Shown here: one piece after another, positions 14,051 through 27,910 of the stretch | Numbering within the stretch: the first letter of the stretch is position 1 | Layout: every line of letters starts with the position of its first letter | Assembly: GCA_951406725.2 (NCBI GenBank) | Contig: OX597830.1 | Span: forward strand, 34,782,001 to 34,846,000 | Reading direction: 5' to 3' | DNA from: Octopus vulgaris | Taxonomy: Eukaryota | Length of the DNA: 64,000 nt | Program-made: the position numbers and the translations under genes | Notes under the pieces: model-generated | Database searches by the model: none | The model's input: only the letters and a program-made list of their open reading frames with translations | Told to the model about the DNA's origin: nothing

Positions 14051-14136
14051 AATGATAATAATAACAACAATTACAACAACAGCAGCAACATCAACTACAA
14101 CAACAACAACAATAATAATAATGATAATAAAATATA

Positions 14137-14223
14137 CAGTACAGTACTGTTTCTAATTCGTGGATTTTCACCTATCGCGAGGGGCTTTGGAACGTAACAC
14201 CCGTGATAGTCAAAGGATTACTG
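14137..14223. mobile_element. Short pogo/Tigger-like MITE remnant
   Basis: TA|CAGTA.. and ..GGAACGTAACACCCGTGATAGTCAAAGGATTACTG|TA, resembling Tigger-type ends. Confidence 0.5.
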
Positions 14224-14234
14224 TAGTAGTAGTG

Positions 14235-14340
<106 letters not shown>

Positions 14341-14385
14341 TAATAATAATAATAATAACAATAATAATAATAATAATAATGATAA

Positions 14386-14616
14386 CCTACGCAAAATACT
14401 CTCTATGTAATCCCAAGGTTTAAAACAAACTTCTTTTTTTTTTAAATTTTATTTATTTATTTATTTTTTTATGTATTAGACATTCACTAGTACAACACCA
14501 AAAAAAAAAAAAACCCAAATATATGGCACAGAACTTCCAACCTGTTTGTTGTCTCTTGAGGTCTCTGGGTGAGACTTGGACCAACTTGTACAGACATAAA
14601 GCAAAAGTCAAACATA
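14386..14616 (+). mobile_element. Shorter 5'-truncated copy of the 13000 Dong family
   Basis: Near-identical to 13513-13757; same 3' end AAAGCAAAAGTCAAACAT then AAT repeats. Confidence 0.92.
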
Positions 14617-14671
14617 GAATAATAATAATGATAATAATAATAACAACAACAACAATAATAATAATAAAAAC

Positions 14672-14975
14672 CATGATGTACATTGTTTATTCTTGGTATA
14701 AAAGATGGGCTACAGCAAATATTCTGCTTAATACCACAGATTTGCTTGTCAGTTGTTTGACCTTAACCTGTTGACCACGTCCCTTAGAGGCTGACGATGT
14801 GTGCATCTCTGACCACGAGCAGAATTAGTGTGGGAACATCATAGCTGTGTGTTGAAAGGAATTTTTGGAGGTTTGGATAATTCACCCCTGGAAACATGGG
14901 TGTTTCGTTCAACATCATTAAACAATCCTTATTCAAGGCCCTTTTGGGATGAGATACTCGAGCAGAAGAAAATTC
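14672..14975 (+). mobile_element. Partial family-E repeat
   Basis: Reverse complement of ~7420-7715. Confidence 0.75.
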
Positions 14976-15110
14976 TATATTTTTGCTTTTATGTTTTCGT
15001 TTCTCATTGTGTTCAACGTTTTTTTTATGTCTTGTACCCATATATGCATATATATATACATATATATGTAGGTATGCACATATATGTATGAATATATGCA
15101 TATATTTATA

Positions 15111-15154
<44 letters not shown>

Positions 15155-15164
15155 TCTTTTTTAC

Positions 15165-15300
15165 TTCTTTCAGTTTCCGTCTACCAAATTTTCTCAAAAG
15201 GCTTTGGTCGGCCCGAGGCTATAGTATAAGACACTTGCGCTAGGTGCCACGCAGTGGGACTGAACCCGGAACCATGTGGTTGGTAAGCAAGCTACTTATC
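15165..15300 (-). mobile_element. Family-B SINE 5' half
   Basis: Reverse complement of the 1707-type head and core. Confidence 0.8.
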
Positions 15301-16199
15301 CCCCCCACACACACACACATACACACACACAAATATATATATAATCCAGAAGTGTTGGCTGGGTGTAAGAGTAAAATGATCAGTTTGAATGGTTTGCCGC
15401 ATTTGTTCCGACCCTTTGTGTTCTGAGTACAAATCCCGCCATGGCCTACTCGGATGATAGAGTTGATCCATCGCCTTGAATACATTTACTACCAGACATC
15501 TTGGTTGTCTTTAATGGAGTTCATTCTATTGTAAGAATTCGGGTTAAATCCATGATTGAGGACACCCTCTCCTTGACACATATTTGCTTTATCGGTCATG
15601 TGAAGGATCATGAACCCTACACTACTTCTAGACCACTGACTCTCGACCGAAGTCCTTATGACTTCCGGAGGTCCATTAAAGATTTCTGTGCTCCACGCTA
15701 GTAAAATAGCAGATTATGAATCCGCAATATTACCTTAAGAGTCAATGAAATATTTTGATTTAAACATAGGCATTGCAAGAAATAGTTAGATTTCTTTAAA
15801 CCTTTACAAGTGAGTTTGTGTGAATGACAAAATAGAAAATGTCTATAAAATCAGTTTTTAAGCATCAAATGGCTAAAGTGGTCCACCAGAATAAAACAGT
15901 AAACAAAAGAGTCCAGATATATAAAAAAAAATGGTTGAGGTCATTGCTATAGACCAAAAGAAATAATGAAACCTACAGAGAGTTGTCCCATTCATTATGA
16001 CAATTCTAAACACTCTTAAACACCTATCAGCAAATTTCCTAGTGGACAGCCCTGCAATTTCTGTCCTTACAATCCTCCCCAAGTCGTGCCTGGAAAACTT
16101 GGGAGTCTGGGTGAGGGAAGAGGAAAGTACTTGCGTTTTATTTCTTTCAATCTCAATAATAATAATAATAATAATAATAATGATAATAATAACAACAAC

Positions 16200-16257
<58 letters not shown>

Positions 16258-17121
16258 GTAATAATAAAGCAAAAAAATAAATAGAAAAGAATCAATTGCG
16301 ACAGCAACTAAATCAAGCGATTCTTAGGAATGTTGCATTAAAATTAACAAAGCAATCAGTCCACGCACACGCGCGCACACACACACGCACGCACACACAT
16401 ACGCGCGTGCATACACAGAAAAGGTTACGCCATGTTGCCGACAATCTGTTACAACCGCTATCACCGCCATTCATACACCCCTCACGCCATCTATCGGCCG
16501 CATTTTAAAAAAGAAAAACAAACTTCAAAGCATAAAATAAAATAATTACCAACTAATTTTTTTAATAAAAAAATACAGTCTGTCTTGATCGATCTACTTC
16601 AATTTTGTTGTTGTCGAGGTTCTGATTTTTGTTGTTATAGTTGAATTTTGAATATTTTTTTTAAAATGTAGTTTTAAATTTTTACATTTTTTACAAGATA
16701 CTTTGTACTATTTTTGCTTTGCTCATTTTTTTTCAGTTTGTGCTTTTTTTTTCTTTATTTCAGTTGCTTATTATTATTGTTTTTTTTATTGTTATTTATT
16801 TTATTTATTTATTTTTTTGTAGTTGTTCATTTTATTCAAATTACATGTTACTAAAGCTGATTTAAAGCGGTATTGATTGTGCCAAGCTATTGAATCGATA
16901 TGAGCGTATGTGCTTAAAGTGTGTGTATATGTATGTATGCGCGCGTGCGAGCGTATGTGTGTGTGTTGTGTGTGTGTGTGTGTGTGTGCGCGTGTACGGG
17001 TGTGTGTGAATGTGTATGCGCGAATAATGATTCGAAAGTGCGTGTTATATGCTACGTGAAACTATGATTGTGTCTGCGATTAACTAAATTTGTGGGATTC
17101 TGAATACTATGTGTGTGGACA

Positions 17122-17154
<33 letters not shown>

Positions 17155-17483
17155 GAGTGTGTGTGTGTGTGTCTGTGTATGTGTGTGTGTGTACATTTGC
17201 ATGCGTGTGTGTATGTGTGTACGTTATTATTCACGTGTGTGAAAGTGATTTTCAAATAGTGTATGTATGTATGTATGCCTGTATGTACATGTTTCGGAGA
17301 GCAAGAACGAGAGAGAGAGAGAGAGATTGTGTTTAGTTCAGTTCGATGTTTAGTCCATTTTGTTATTAGCCTGGATACCCGAAACTACATCACACACACA
17401 CAAACACACGCATAGACCCTGTCTTTGTAGATGTGTGTATACAGCATTTGTAGTTACAAGTCTCTCTCTCTCTCTCTCTCTCG

Positions 17484-17518
<35 letters not shown>

Positions 17519-17557
17519 CTTACCTACATATTTATATACATATATTCATTCATACAT

Positions 17558-17593
<36 letters not shown>

Positions 17594-18045
17594 GCATTCA
17601 TACATGAGTGAAAAAATACATATATATATATTTGCATTGGGAACTACTTCACGTCGCCAACCGGTGGTTGTCACACGCTGATGACGGGTCAATACTCAGA
17701 AACCCGGATCCCTGTGTATCACGTTCGGCTAGAGATGGGAAAAATGACTTCCCTTTGAAAATACTAATGGGGCACAGAAAGTGTGTCAATAACCAGCTGG
17801 AGGAGATGTCTTCATGGGGCTATATGGTATAGTAGCATCAACCTTCAAGGGTTAGCCACATTTAAGTGGCAAATATACTTCACGATGTCGTGCAGCTACT
17901 GTTTATACCTCACTCAGAGATATAATATATATATATATGCATGTATGCATGCATGCATGTATGTATGTATGTATGTATGTATGTATGTATATATATACAT
18001 ATAGATATATAGATAGATAGATATGTGTATATATATGAATATATG

Positions 18046-18126
<81 letters not shown>

Positions 18127-18164
18127 ATACATATATATACATATACACACATATACACACACAA

Positions 18165-18378
18165 AGGGTTGTTGAAAAGTTCCTGCCTTAAAGGTTATCA
18201 TGAAAGGCCTATTTAGAGGTCCAACCTTACGAGTTCTTTTACAAGGCTTAGAAAAATTGAATGACTGCTGCAATAAGTGTGTGAATCTGGGAACGAAATA
18301 TGTTGAAAAGATTCATAATTAAATGATCCTCTTGTTTTTCGTTTACCCATAGCTAAGAACTTTTTCAACCCCACCTCG
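18165..18378 (+). mobile_element. Mariner-derived MITE
   Basis: Imperfect TIRs AGGGTTGTTGAAAAGTTCCTG / AAGAACTTTTTCAACCCCACCTCG; internal remnant GLEKLNDCCNKCVNLGTKYVEK matches the mariner C-terminal G..KL..RW.KC....G.YVEK. Confidence 0.75.
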
Positions 18379-18442
18379 TGTGTGTGTGTGAGTGTTTTGA
18401 GTGTTTATATATATATATAATTTGAAAATGACTTATTGAAGT

Positions 18443-18485
18443 CCACCTGAAGATTGTCGATCAAGACAAGAAACTATTGTAGTGG
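18443..18485 (+). ncRNA. Minimal type-I hammerhead ribozyme motif, intact core, in a Penelope-type terminal-repeat fragment (~18420-18665)
   Basis: CCAC-CTGAAGA-TTGTC(gatcaa)GACAA-GAAA-C(tatt)G-TA^-GTGG: stems I and II pair fully and the core is conserved. Confidence 0.8.
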
Positions 18486-18662
18486 CGGTTTTTTTGACTA
18501 TTTATTAAAATTTTATGTATTGATTAAGTCTTTCCTTGTTTGTTTTGCAAAATAGTGGTTTTGTCTCTAATAATATTATATAATATTTTACTATAAAATT
18601 GGATTTAATCCTAAATCTGATTTTTTTCCTGTAAATTTGGATTTATTCCTAATATTTATTAT

Positions 18663-18731
<69 letters not shown>

Positions 18732-18968
18732 GTATGTGTTTGTGGTTGTGTGGGTGTATGTGTATGTATGTACGTGCGAGTTTGTGTGTGTGTATGTGTG
18801 CAATGAATAGATGTGTGTTCTAATGAGTCCATTACGGATTCAGCGTATTACTCTATATGAATTAATATATAAACCGTAATTCTGCAGGATCGTGGAATTC
18901 TATAAGCGTTTGATATTGAATAACTACGTGTTTTAATTTTGTTTTCATTGTCGTGTCGTCACCGTTGC

Positions 18969-19002
<34 letters not shown>

Positions 19003-19910
19003 TGTATGTATGTATGTATGTATGTATGTATGTATGTATGTATGTATGTATGTATGTATGTATGTATGTATGTATGTATGGATGGATGGATGGATGGATG
19101 GATGGATGTATGGGTGTATGTATATTTGTTATTACCGTTTAAATCCAGATCAACCTTCATGTGCGAAACCTATAATCAGTCTAAAAATAAAAGGAGCACC
19201 CATCCAGCCGGGAAGAACCAATTTTTTTTTCTGTTTTTTTGCTTTCTTTCACTTACAGTGTATCGAGGAGAAAACATCAGCCAACGTGTTGTTTTCATAT
19301 ATTATATGTTCAATAATTTCAGATGACCACCAACTACGGCCGTTAATTTTATGCTAAGAAACCCAGCTAAACTTACTCTCTGGATAGCAAGGAGACGTAT
19401 CTCATTCTTTGGCTCTAGTTAATCTTCCTTTTGGTAAGAGGATAATGACATATAAATCTACTTATAGTTAAGACACAAAAGCATTCGATATTTTCCCATT
19501 GATACCGCTGTTTAGAACTTTGGACTAGGAATACAAACGGTGAGAGCTAAATCTCTTGGCAATATAGAATGCATTAGTCACAGACTGAAAACTGACTCTT
19601 CATGATTTGGCCATCCAATACATGTTTTCCGTCCATTTCATTGAATTTCAGTGGAAAATTCACAGGAATCTACACCATATATTTACCTATATTTGTGGAA
19701 AATGTTCGATAGAATTTCTGTGGCGAATTTAGGCGCTAGAAATACAAGGCCTCCATACGTAATACACTCTTATTATATGAGATGAACTATAGAAGTCTTG
19801 ACATATTGTACACCCTACAATTCCCAGCCTATAAGATAGCAAGACATTTAATGAGCTCATTTTAGAAACTCAGTCTCATCATTAAAGTATCCAATAATAT
19901 AAGAATAAAA

Positions 19911-20141
19911 GGCGGCGAGCTGGCAGAAACGTTAGCACGCCGGGCGAAATGCGTAGCCGTATTTCGTCTGTCGTTACATTTCGAGTTCAAATTCCGCCGA
20001 GGTCGACTTTGCCTTTCATCCTCTCGGGGTCGATAAATTAAATACCAGTTACGCAGTGGGGTCGATATAATCGGCTTAATCCCTTTGTCTGTCCTTGTCT
20101 GTCCCCTCTGTGTTTAGCCCCTTGTGGGTAGTAAAGAAATA
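19911..20141 (+). mobile_element. Full-length family-A SINE
   Basis: A-box-like TGGCAGAAACGTTAGC, B-box-like GAGTTCAAATTCC; perfect 16-bp TSD AATAATATAAGAATAA (19893-19908 / 20142-20157). Confidence 0.95.
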
Positions 20142-20299
20142 AATAATATAAGAATAATCAGCTTTTCATTCATTATATTGGACATACAGACATGAAAATA
20201 TCAGCCCACCATAAAACCGAATACAACACATGCAAGCTAATAAATATCCCAACAACCTTGCGTCAGATCCCGTTGCTTAAAAAAAATTGACTGGTAGAT

Positions 20300-20570
20300 T
20301 AGGTAATAGTCCTATATAGACTGATGGAAAGTTAAAAGATTAAATGCTCACCACTTGAATAGTTTTCGTCATGGTCCGCTTAATCAAACATTTTGGGGAT
20401 ACAAACAACAACGGCAACAATGACATTAAAATCCATAAGCAACAAAAATGTTTCTACCAGGGTAGATATCACTACGATTATCAACAGAATAAAATTGTGA
20501 CATGAAATATGTGCATGGGATAACTCTGGCATATACACTGTCCTTGATACAGTTTTGTTTAAAGAATGAG
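20300..20570 (+). pseudogene. Possible ancient RTE-like LINE C-terminal fragment
   Basis: Weak, frameshifted: VLY..//HLNSFRH..LGI..ISNKNVSTRVDITTIINRIKL..VLFKE. Confidence 0.25.
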
Positions 20571-20923
20571 ATGAGAACCATTAGAACATTTTTAGTCATA
20601 AGCCTAATCGAAGTAGTTTAGTATAAGGCTTGTGATACTGGTGCAACCAATTCTTTACCAGATTATGTTTTTAGAAATTGATGATATAATTTTGGAATAC
20701 AGCGTCTGAATAATATGAAAAAAAACTTTAAATTTAAGATTTGCGAAAAGATCGCAAGCAAAACCTTTATCAAATCACACTGTGTTATTCTGTTTCATAA
20801 AGAATTCATTTGATAGTATAATTTTAGAACACAGTTTCTACTTAAAAGTCGGTGGAATGACGAAACCTGGCTGGATAGATGTATATGTGTATGACATGTA
20901 TGTCTCCTTGTTATCATATGTAT

Positions 20924-21013
<90 letters not shown>

Positions 21014-21041
21014 CATGCACAGGTACACACACACACACATG

Positions 21042-21074
<33 letters not shown>

Positions 21075-21505
21075 GTTATCTTTTACATGTTTCAGTCATT
21101 AGACTGCGGCCATAATGGGACACCGCCTTGAATTTATTATTTTTTTTAGTCAAACGAACTTCGTATTTTCTTATTGTCTTTTGACGAACGGCTATGTTAC
21201 GGGAATGCAACACACCAGCATCGGTTACCCGGTGGTGGTGGTGTTGGTGGTGGGGAAACAGACAAAGACACAACACATATACATATATACAAATATACAT
21301 ATAAAAGTATACATATACAATTATATACATATACATATATACGATGAGCTTCTTACAGTTGCCGTCAACCAAATCCACTTACAGGGCTTTGGTCGGCTCG
21401 AGGTTATAGTAGAACACACTTTCCCGGTGTGCCACGCACTGGGACCGAACTCAGAACCATGTGATTTGGAAGCAAGCTTCTTGATACACAGCCACACCTG
21501 CATAA
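21075..21505 (-). mobile_element. Family-B SINE
   Basis: Full head-microsatellite-tail layout on the minus strand. Confidence 0.85.
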
Positions 21506-21524
21506 GTATACATACATACATACA

Positions 21525-21557
<33 letters not shown>

Positions 21558-21589
21558 GCATATATATACACACACATATATACACACAC

Positions 21590-21622
<33 letters not shown>

Positions 21623-21661
21623 CACATATATATATATACATATATACATACACACACACAT

Positions 21662-21713
<52 letters not shown>

Positions 21714-21715
<2 letters not shown>

Positions 21716-21832
21716 GCAGACATGGCTGTGTGGCAAGAAGCTTGCTTCCAAATCACGTGGTTCTGGGTTCAGTCTCAATGCGTGGCACCTTACCAAACTC
21801 TGCCCTACTCTAACCTCGGGCCTACCAAAGCA
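21714..21832 (+). mobile_element. Family-B SINE head
   Basis: TGGCTGTGTGGCAAGAAGCTTGCTT..GGGTTCAGTCTC. Confidence 0.75.
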
Positions 21833-22419
21833 TGCTTATGTGTTTGGGTGTGTATTCCGTTATGTCACATGAACATTTTCTCGGGCTGGCTCGTGTGCAT
21901 GTTCTCCACTTTGTACACATTTTACGTAGTTCTGCAGAATGAGAGATAAAAGCTTATACCAAAGCGATTGATCTACGTATCGCAATCCCGATCGGAGTCG
22001 ATATCTACCGTACCAGCAATACACTTGTGTTTTTCAGCTGACGATACCTTATTCACATCAAATTGTTGCTTTGTGTCTGTGTTAGAAAAGAGAAGTATTA
22101 TCGTCGATGTGTTGCTCAGGCTAACCATTATCAATTAGATCAATAACCAAACCATTTCAGACTTGATCATGCCGTCTCATTGTATATCCAGTGAATACAT
22201 TGTTCGATGTATGCAAGCTTTTTAAAGACGTTTGTGTATGGTTTGAGGCTGGTATTATGATACATGTCTATGCGTGGCTATCTATGTATGTGTATATATA
22301 TATGTGTATTTATATGGATATGCATATATATGTATGTGTGTATGTGTGTATGTGTGACTGTGTGTGTGCTTGCATGTATGTATATGAACATATTTTTGTA
22401 TTTTTTATCTTATCCTACC

Positions 22420-22420
22420 G

Positions 22421-22466
<46 letters not shown>

Positions 22467-22780
22467 TATCATCATCTTCCCTTCTCGTGTGATTACCATC
22501 ACTACCTTCATCATCACCACCACCACCACCACCACTACCATCTCCACCACCATCACTACGACTGCCACTAGCATCATGTAAACGATGATTACAAGCGTTG
22601 TCGGAAAATGATAATGATGACGATGATAATAATGATGACAACGAAGACGACGACGGCGATGATGATGATGATGATGATGATGATGATAATGATGATGACG
22701 ACGACGACGATGATGATGATGGTGATACTACAAGTACTACTACTACTACTACTACTACTAATAATAATAATAATGATAAT

Positions 22781-22842
<62 letters not shown>

Positions 22843-22845
22843 TAA
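22420..22845. repeat. Compound CAT/CAC/GAT/TAC/AAT microsatellite
   Basis: Directly visible. Confidence 0.95.
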
Positions 22846-24260
22846 TTCGTCATCCCGATTATAATCCACATCGGAATTTTAAAAATATCTTGCAAAAAAA
22901 AACAAAACAAAACAATATCTCAACAACAATAACAACAAGTACCACGGCCACTACCACTACCACGACTTCAAACTACGAGTTGTACATACAAGAAGAAAAT
23001 CTGTTAAGTTAGCAACTTCATCATTTCCTAATTATTGATAAAAGCAAACATCATATAAAAATTAATGAGCCAATCTGGCTTTTAGTTGTGATTTTCTGAA
23101 AAGCTCGTTGGTCGAAGATTTACGAGATACGTTACAGGATTAACGCTGGCGGCATATTTCCGTCCATAGTATAAGGAAGTTATTTCGAAAACGCTTGGCA
23201 TAACTTTATTAAAAGCTATTTAACGAAAATTTTATACACACTACACGAGGAGAGAGGAATGGGTAGGGGAAATTTTAAACAGTAAATCTTTGCTCCCCTC
23301 TCTTATTCCTTCTAGGTTTCCTCTCTCTTTCTCTCTAATAATCCCCCCTTTCATTCTCTCTCATTCTCTTCCTGTATGCCATCTCTCCCTCTTTCCCTCA
23401 CACCCGCTCTTTCTCTGTTTCTCTCTCTCTCTCTCTAGGTTTATTGACTGAGAGAGGTCGTTCGTTTAAAATTTCATGCTTAGTAGCACAATAATTATGC
23501 ATTTGATTCTTGTTCCTCCACTTAAGTGATTCAATGATTCCTAACGTAACCTTTTCTTTATAATCTACTCCCCGCTTACAAGTTTCCTCTCTTTAAAACT
23601 CCTTTAAAACATTGTTACGCTCGCTACGCGTCTATACGTGTGCATCTTCCCATAATATCATAATAAGTTCTTCAGTTTTTACCCGAAAGGCTTCTTCTTG
23701 AAACCTTTGTTCATCTCCTTCTACACACCAGGTATTTCAGTCCATTCTTCCAATACTGCATTCTCCCGCCCGAAGCTTTCTGTCCACAACTCTTCCTTCC
23801 TTTATATACTTCTTAAATCCAATCGTTCCTTCTTTCTAAATTTCCTTTTCTACCATATTTATCTCCTTTTCATACACATCATTTTTGTTTTCATCTTCTT
23901 TTGGTTCTTTCATTGTTTTCTCATTTTAAAAATATCTGCTCCTTTATAGGTATACTATTTGCTAACTCTCTGATTCTCTTGTAATTCTAATGCCTCTCTG
24001 TCTACAAGTCTAACCTCTGTCTACGTATCTACGCATCTCTCTGATATTATTTTTGCTATTACTCTAACAGTACTCTGTCTTTCAATAATTGTTATTATTA
24101 TTTTTTTTTTTTTCTTTTGGTACATCTATTTATCAATCAATCAATTATCCATTCATTCACTTATTCATTCATTCAAGCAATAGATCAATGAAAAGAATGC
24201 TTCAATCAATAAATTTACACACACACAAATGTATATATACACATGTATACATATATGTAA

Positions 24261-24294
<34 letters not shown>

Positions 24295-24334
24295 AGCAAA
24301 CAATTAATTTTTAAATCTCTCTATTAGTTTATCG

Positions 24335-24372
<38 letters not shown>

Positions 24373-25196
24373 ACATATCCGTATACATGTATACATATAT
24401 GTTATACATACAGGCATATATACATACACACACACACACACACTCACTCTCTCTCACACACACATATATATACATACACGTACAACCACATACATGTTTA
24501 TAGACATATACTCATACACACAACTCACCACAGACGTATATATATATATATACGTATCGATTTATCGATCAATCTAAATATACGCCGCTTATATCTCTTT
24601 ATTGACCTCTGTATATATAATATACTATCTATCTTAGTATGCACCCATTTCCAACCTATCTATCTATCGAGATAGCTCACTAGTTAATTATTTAACTATC
24701 CATCGCTGAATATATCTTTCTCCTTTCCTATTTACTTACATTATATTTGCTGTCACCCACTTTTTTCTCCCCACCTTGTTGGATATGTGTGTACATATAT
24801 ACATACATACTCATATGTATGTATGTATACATACACATATGTATGTATATATATATTTAACAGATGGCATAATTATAAGCGGGGCAAATTTTAGCCTGAA
24901 AAAACCATGAACAACCTTAATCAATTATCGAACACTTTTGGATTCTCTTCAGAAGCGTCCACACCATTCTGACAGTCTCCAGAGAAATAAGACAGACACA
25001 ACGCAGAAGTTTCTCTTTGAAGGAAACCCTAATTCGCATACCAAAAGTGTTTAACACTCTATAAATACCAACAGCCTGTCAACGGAGATTTTAGTCCACA
25101 CAGTATCAAGGTATGTTATAATAAATATGTAACATATGGTATATATAGACACAGAGCAAGGGAGAGAGAGGTGGATAGAGATATACAGATGCTCTT

Positions 25197-25260
<64 letters not shown>

Positions 25261-25264
25261 ATAG

Positions 25265-25552
25265 ATAAGTTTCTTTATTGGCCACACAGGGCTGCACACA
25301 GATGGGACAAGTTACAAGGTAGAGCTTTTCTATCGGGGTATGAAAAAAACAAAAAAAAAACAAAAAACAAAAGAAACAAAAAAAAGGTGGCGTAGGTTTT
25401 CGATCAAAAGGGATCGTAAAAGGGAAAAAAAAGAACAAAAAATTAAATTTTTTAAAAATTAAAAAAAGAAAAAAAGGAAAAGGAAGAAAAGAAAAGAGAA
25501 ATGAAAAAAGGGGAAAAAAGGGGGAAGAGGAAAAAAAAAAGAAAAAGAAAAA
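25265..25552 (-). mobile_element. 3' UTR of the L1/Tx1-like LINE, inside a (GATA)n tract
   Basis: Reverse complement matches ~31690-31905, including the terminus GCAGCCCTGTGTGGCCAATAAAGAAACTTATCTAT. Confidence 0.85.
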
Positions 25553-25955
25553 AGATAGATAGATAGATAGATAGACAGACATTCATATACGCACATGTGT
25601 GTCTGTGTGTGTGTGCGTATGTATATAGCGCAGATAGATATGGAGACGCAGTAAACGGATGAGAATCTCTGTATCCTTTTAGTTAGAAACTCCCAGTCGT
25701 CCCCCTCTAGTCACATCTAACCACACAACCGTCATACTAAACCAGAAATCAGCAATCAGCACCTGTAAACATCTCAGTGAGAAATCACGGCTAAACTTTA
25801 GCTACACGTCTACAATATTATATTCAAGCATTGTAATGTTCTGATGCCCTAAAAATTTGCGAAACAGACTATTATCTACATGTCCATTTCTACGAATACC
25901 TTCTCAGCCTTCTTCCACAAATTTAGGCCCTAACCAAAAAGCCACACGCCTTCAC

Positions 25956-26021
<66 letters not shown>

Positions 26022-26210
26022 GTGTGTATTAGGAATTAATTAGGAATTAAGGAAATCTTGAACGCTGTTAAAACAGCTCAGGTGATCAAGTAAAATAGCC
26101 TTATAAGCGGAAAGAAGTGGCCAGCAACCCGTTAAAGAGAGCTCTGTAGCGACTCAGTAACAACATCAATATTAACGAAGCATAGCGGAAGAGAATAACG
26201 TAGTGGTTAA

Positions 26211-26968
26211 TCCCTTGACGCCGGTATTACCCGAAGCATGCGAGACACTGCTCCGGTTTTTTTTTTTCTTATCTAATGAGGCCACACAAACACACAAGTG
26301 CCAACGAGCTCGGGTCTATTTACGTTCACCATTACAATAACATACCGTCGTACATTTACGTCTACCGGTTTATGAAAACGAACTATGTGAAGGTATTTAT
26401 CATAAAGTGTCGAGCTGGCAGAAACGTTAGCACGCGGGCGAAATGCTTAGCGGTATTTCGTCTGCCAGTACGTTCTGAGTTCAAATTCCACCGAGGTCGA
26501 CTTTGCCTTTCATCCTTTCGGGGTCGATTAAATAAGTACCAGGTACGCACTGGGGTCGATATAATCGACTTAAACCGTTTGTCTGTCCTTGTTTGTCCTC
26601 TCTGTTTTTAGACACTTGTGGGTAGTTAAGAAATAGGTATTTATCATAATATGATATGCACTAGTTATTCTGCTCAAGTTCAAGAAATAGCTTGCGTGTG
26701 GTACAACTCAAAACATGGTATTATGCATGTAAAGTATCCGCATGCCATTGGTCTACTGCTAGTCTCATGACTTGAACGTAACCTAAAATAGCTAAGATAA
26801 TGCACGGGACGGCGAGCACGCGCACCTCAAGAGATAAAGTACACGATATCGAACGTAAACATACGTCAGCCGCTAAAAAGTCCATGATAGATGTATGGCA
26901 GATCTACATCGTATATTTACGTTAACCGCGGGTAGGCAAGCATATTTGCGTCAACCGTTGTCAAGGGG
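26211..26968. mobile_element. Non-autonomous piggyBac-like element
   Basis: TTAA|TCCCTTGACGCCGGT ... ACCGTTGTCAAGGGG|TTAA (12/15 TIR match; TTAA TSD at 26207-10 and 26969-72). Confidence 0.7.
26411..26634 (+). mobile_element. Family-A SINE nested in the piggyBac-like element
   Basis: Perfect 15-bp TSD AGGTATTTATCATAA (26391-26405 / 26635-26649). Confidence 0.93.
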
Positions 26969-27024
26969 TTAACCCAAACATACACAAAGATAATTACGCA
27001 CACACACATACATACACCAGCTGT

Positions 27025-27335
27025 TATAACGACGATGGTTCTAGTTTATCCAATCAACGAAATAGTCTGCTGGTGAAATTAACGTGCGAGTGGCTGAGTA
27101 CTCCGCAGACACGTGTAACCTTAGCGTAGTAATCAAGGAGATTCAGCGTGACACACAATGGGACAAGGTTGGTCCATTAACTTACAGGTAACTATTCAAT
27201 TTCTATCAGCTGAATGGACAGGAGCAACGTGAAATAAAGTATCTTGCTCAAGGACACAACACTTCGCCAGGAATCGATCTCGGGACATTACGATCGTGAG
27301 TCGAATGACCTAACCACTAAGCTACGCGCCTTCAC
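27025..27335 (-). mobile_element. Family-C SINE
   Basis: Reverse complement begins GTGAAGGCGCGTAGCTTAGTGGTTAGG and contains GTGTCCTTGAGCAAGATACTT. Confidence 0.85.
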
Positions 27336-27349
27336 ATATGCATTTGTAT

Positions 27350-27395
<46 letters not shown>

Positions 27396-27647
27396 GTGTG
27401 TCTGTGCACGTGTGTGTGTTTGTGTGAGTGTGTGTGCGGGCGCTTGGGTGTATTAGGAATTAAAGAAATCTTGGACAGTGTTAAAACAGTTTAGAAGATC
27501 GGGTAGAATAGCCTTATAGGCAGAAAATAGTGGACAGCACCCCGCTAAAGATAACTCTGCGCCCCACTAAAGAGAACACTCAATAACAACATCAGTATTA
27601 ACGAAGTATGTGATATTTATATCAGTTAAGAAGTTTGTAAGTTTAAA

Positions 27648-27910
27648 GCGAAATAAGATCAAGCAGTGCATTTGAATGGCAATCCCTATTTGGCGAAAAC
27701 ACGGATGGACTTTGCTTGCTATCTGTCACAAGCCAAGAGACCAGACAAATGTTCCCCTGTCTGGTGGTGCCTGTAAAAGAGTCAGGTAAACGAACTGATA
27801 CAATCCCTGAATACAAGGGTTGTTCTTCAGCACTTACCATCTATTGGGCGTCTAACCTAGGACAATGTTGATACATTACTGAGTTATTGATGCTGTTTCT
27901 GTGTTTATGC
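27648..27910 (+). pseudogene. Possible decayed Merlin/IS1595-like DDE transposase fragment
   Basis: My translation ..WQSLFG..ETRQMFPCLVVPVKESGKRTDTIP..TIYWASNL loosely resembles WVFG..R.T..CFLVPV..R...TL.P..T.IYSD.W..Y..L. Confidence 0.3.

Noticed and set aside
15450-15701. Possible CR1/L2 RT remnant (VVFNGVHS...)
   Set aside because: Diagnostic GVPQGS and YADD motifs are absent; too degenerate to support.
23560-24090. Purine-rich minus-strand stretch that looks like decayed coding sequence
   Set aside because: Multiple stops and no identifiable motif; cannot be assigned by eye.
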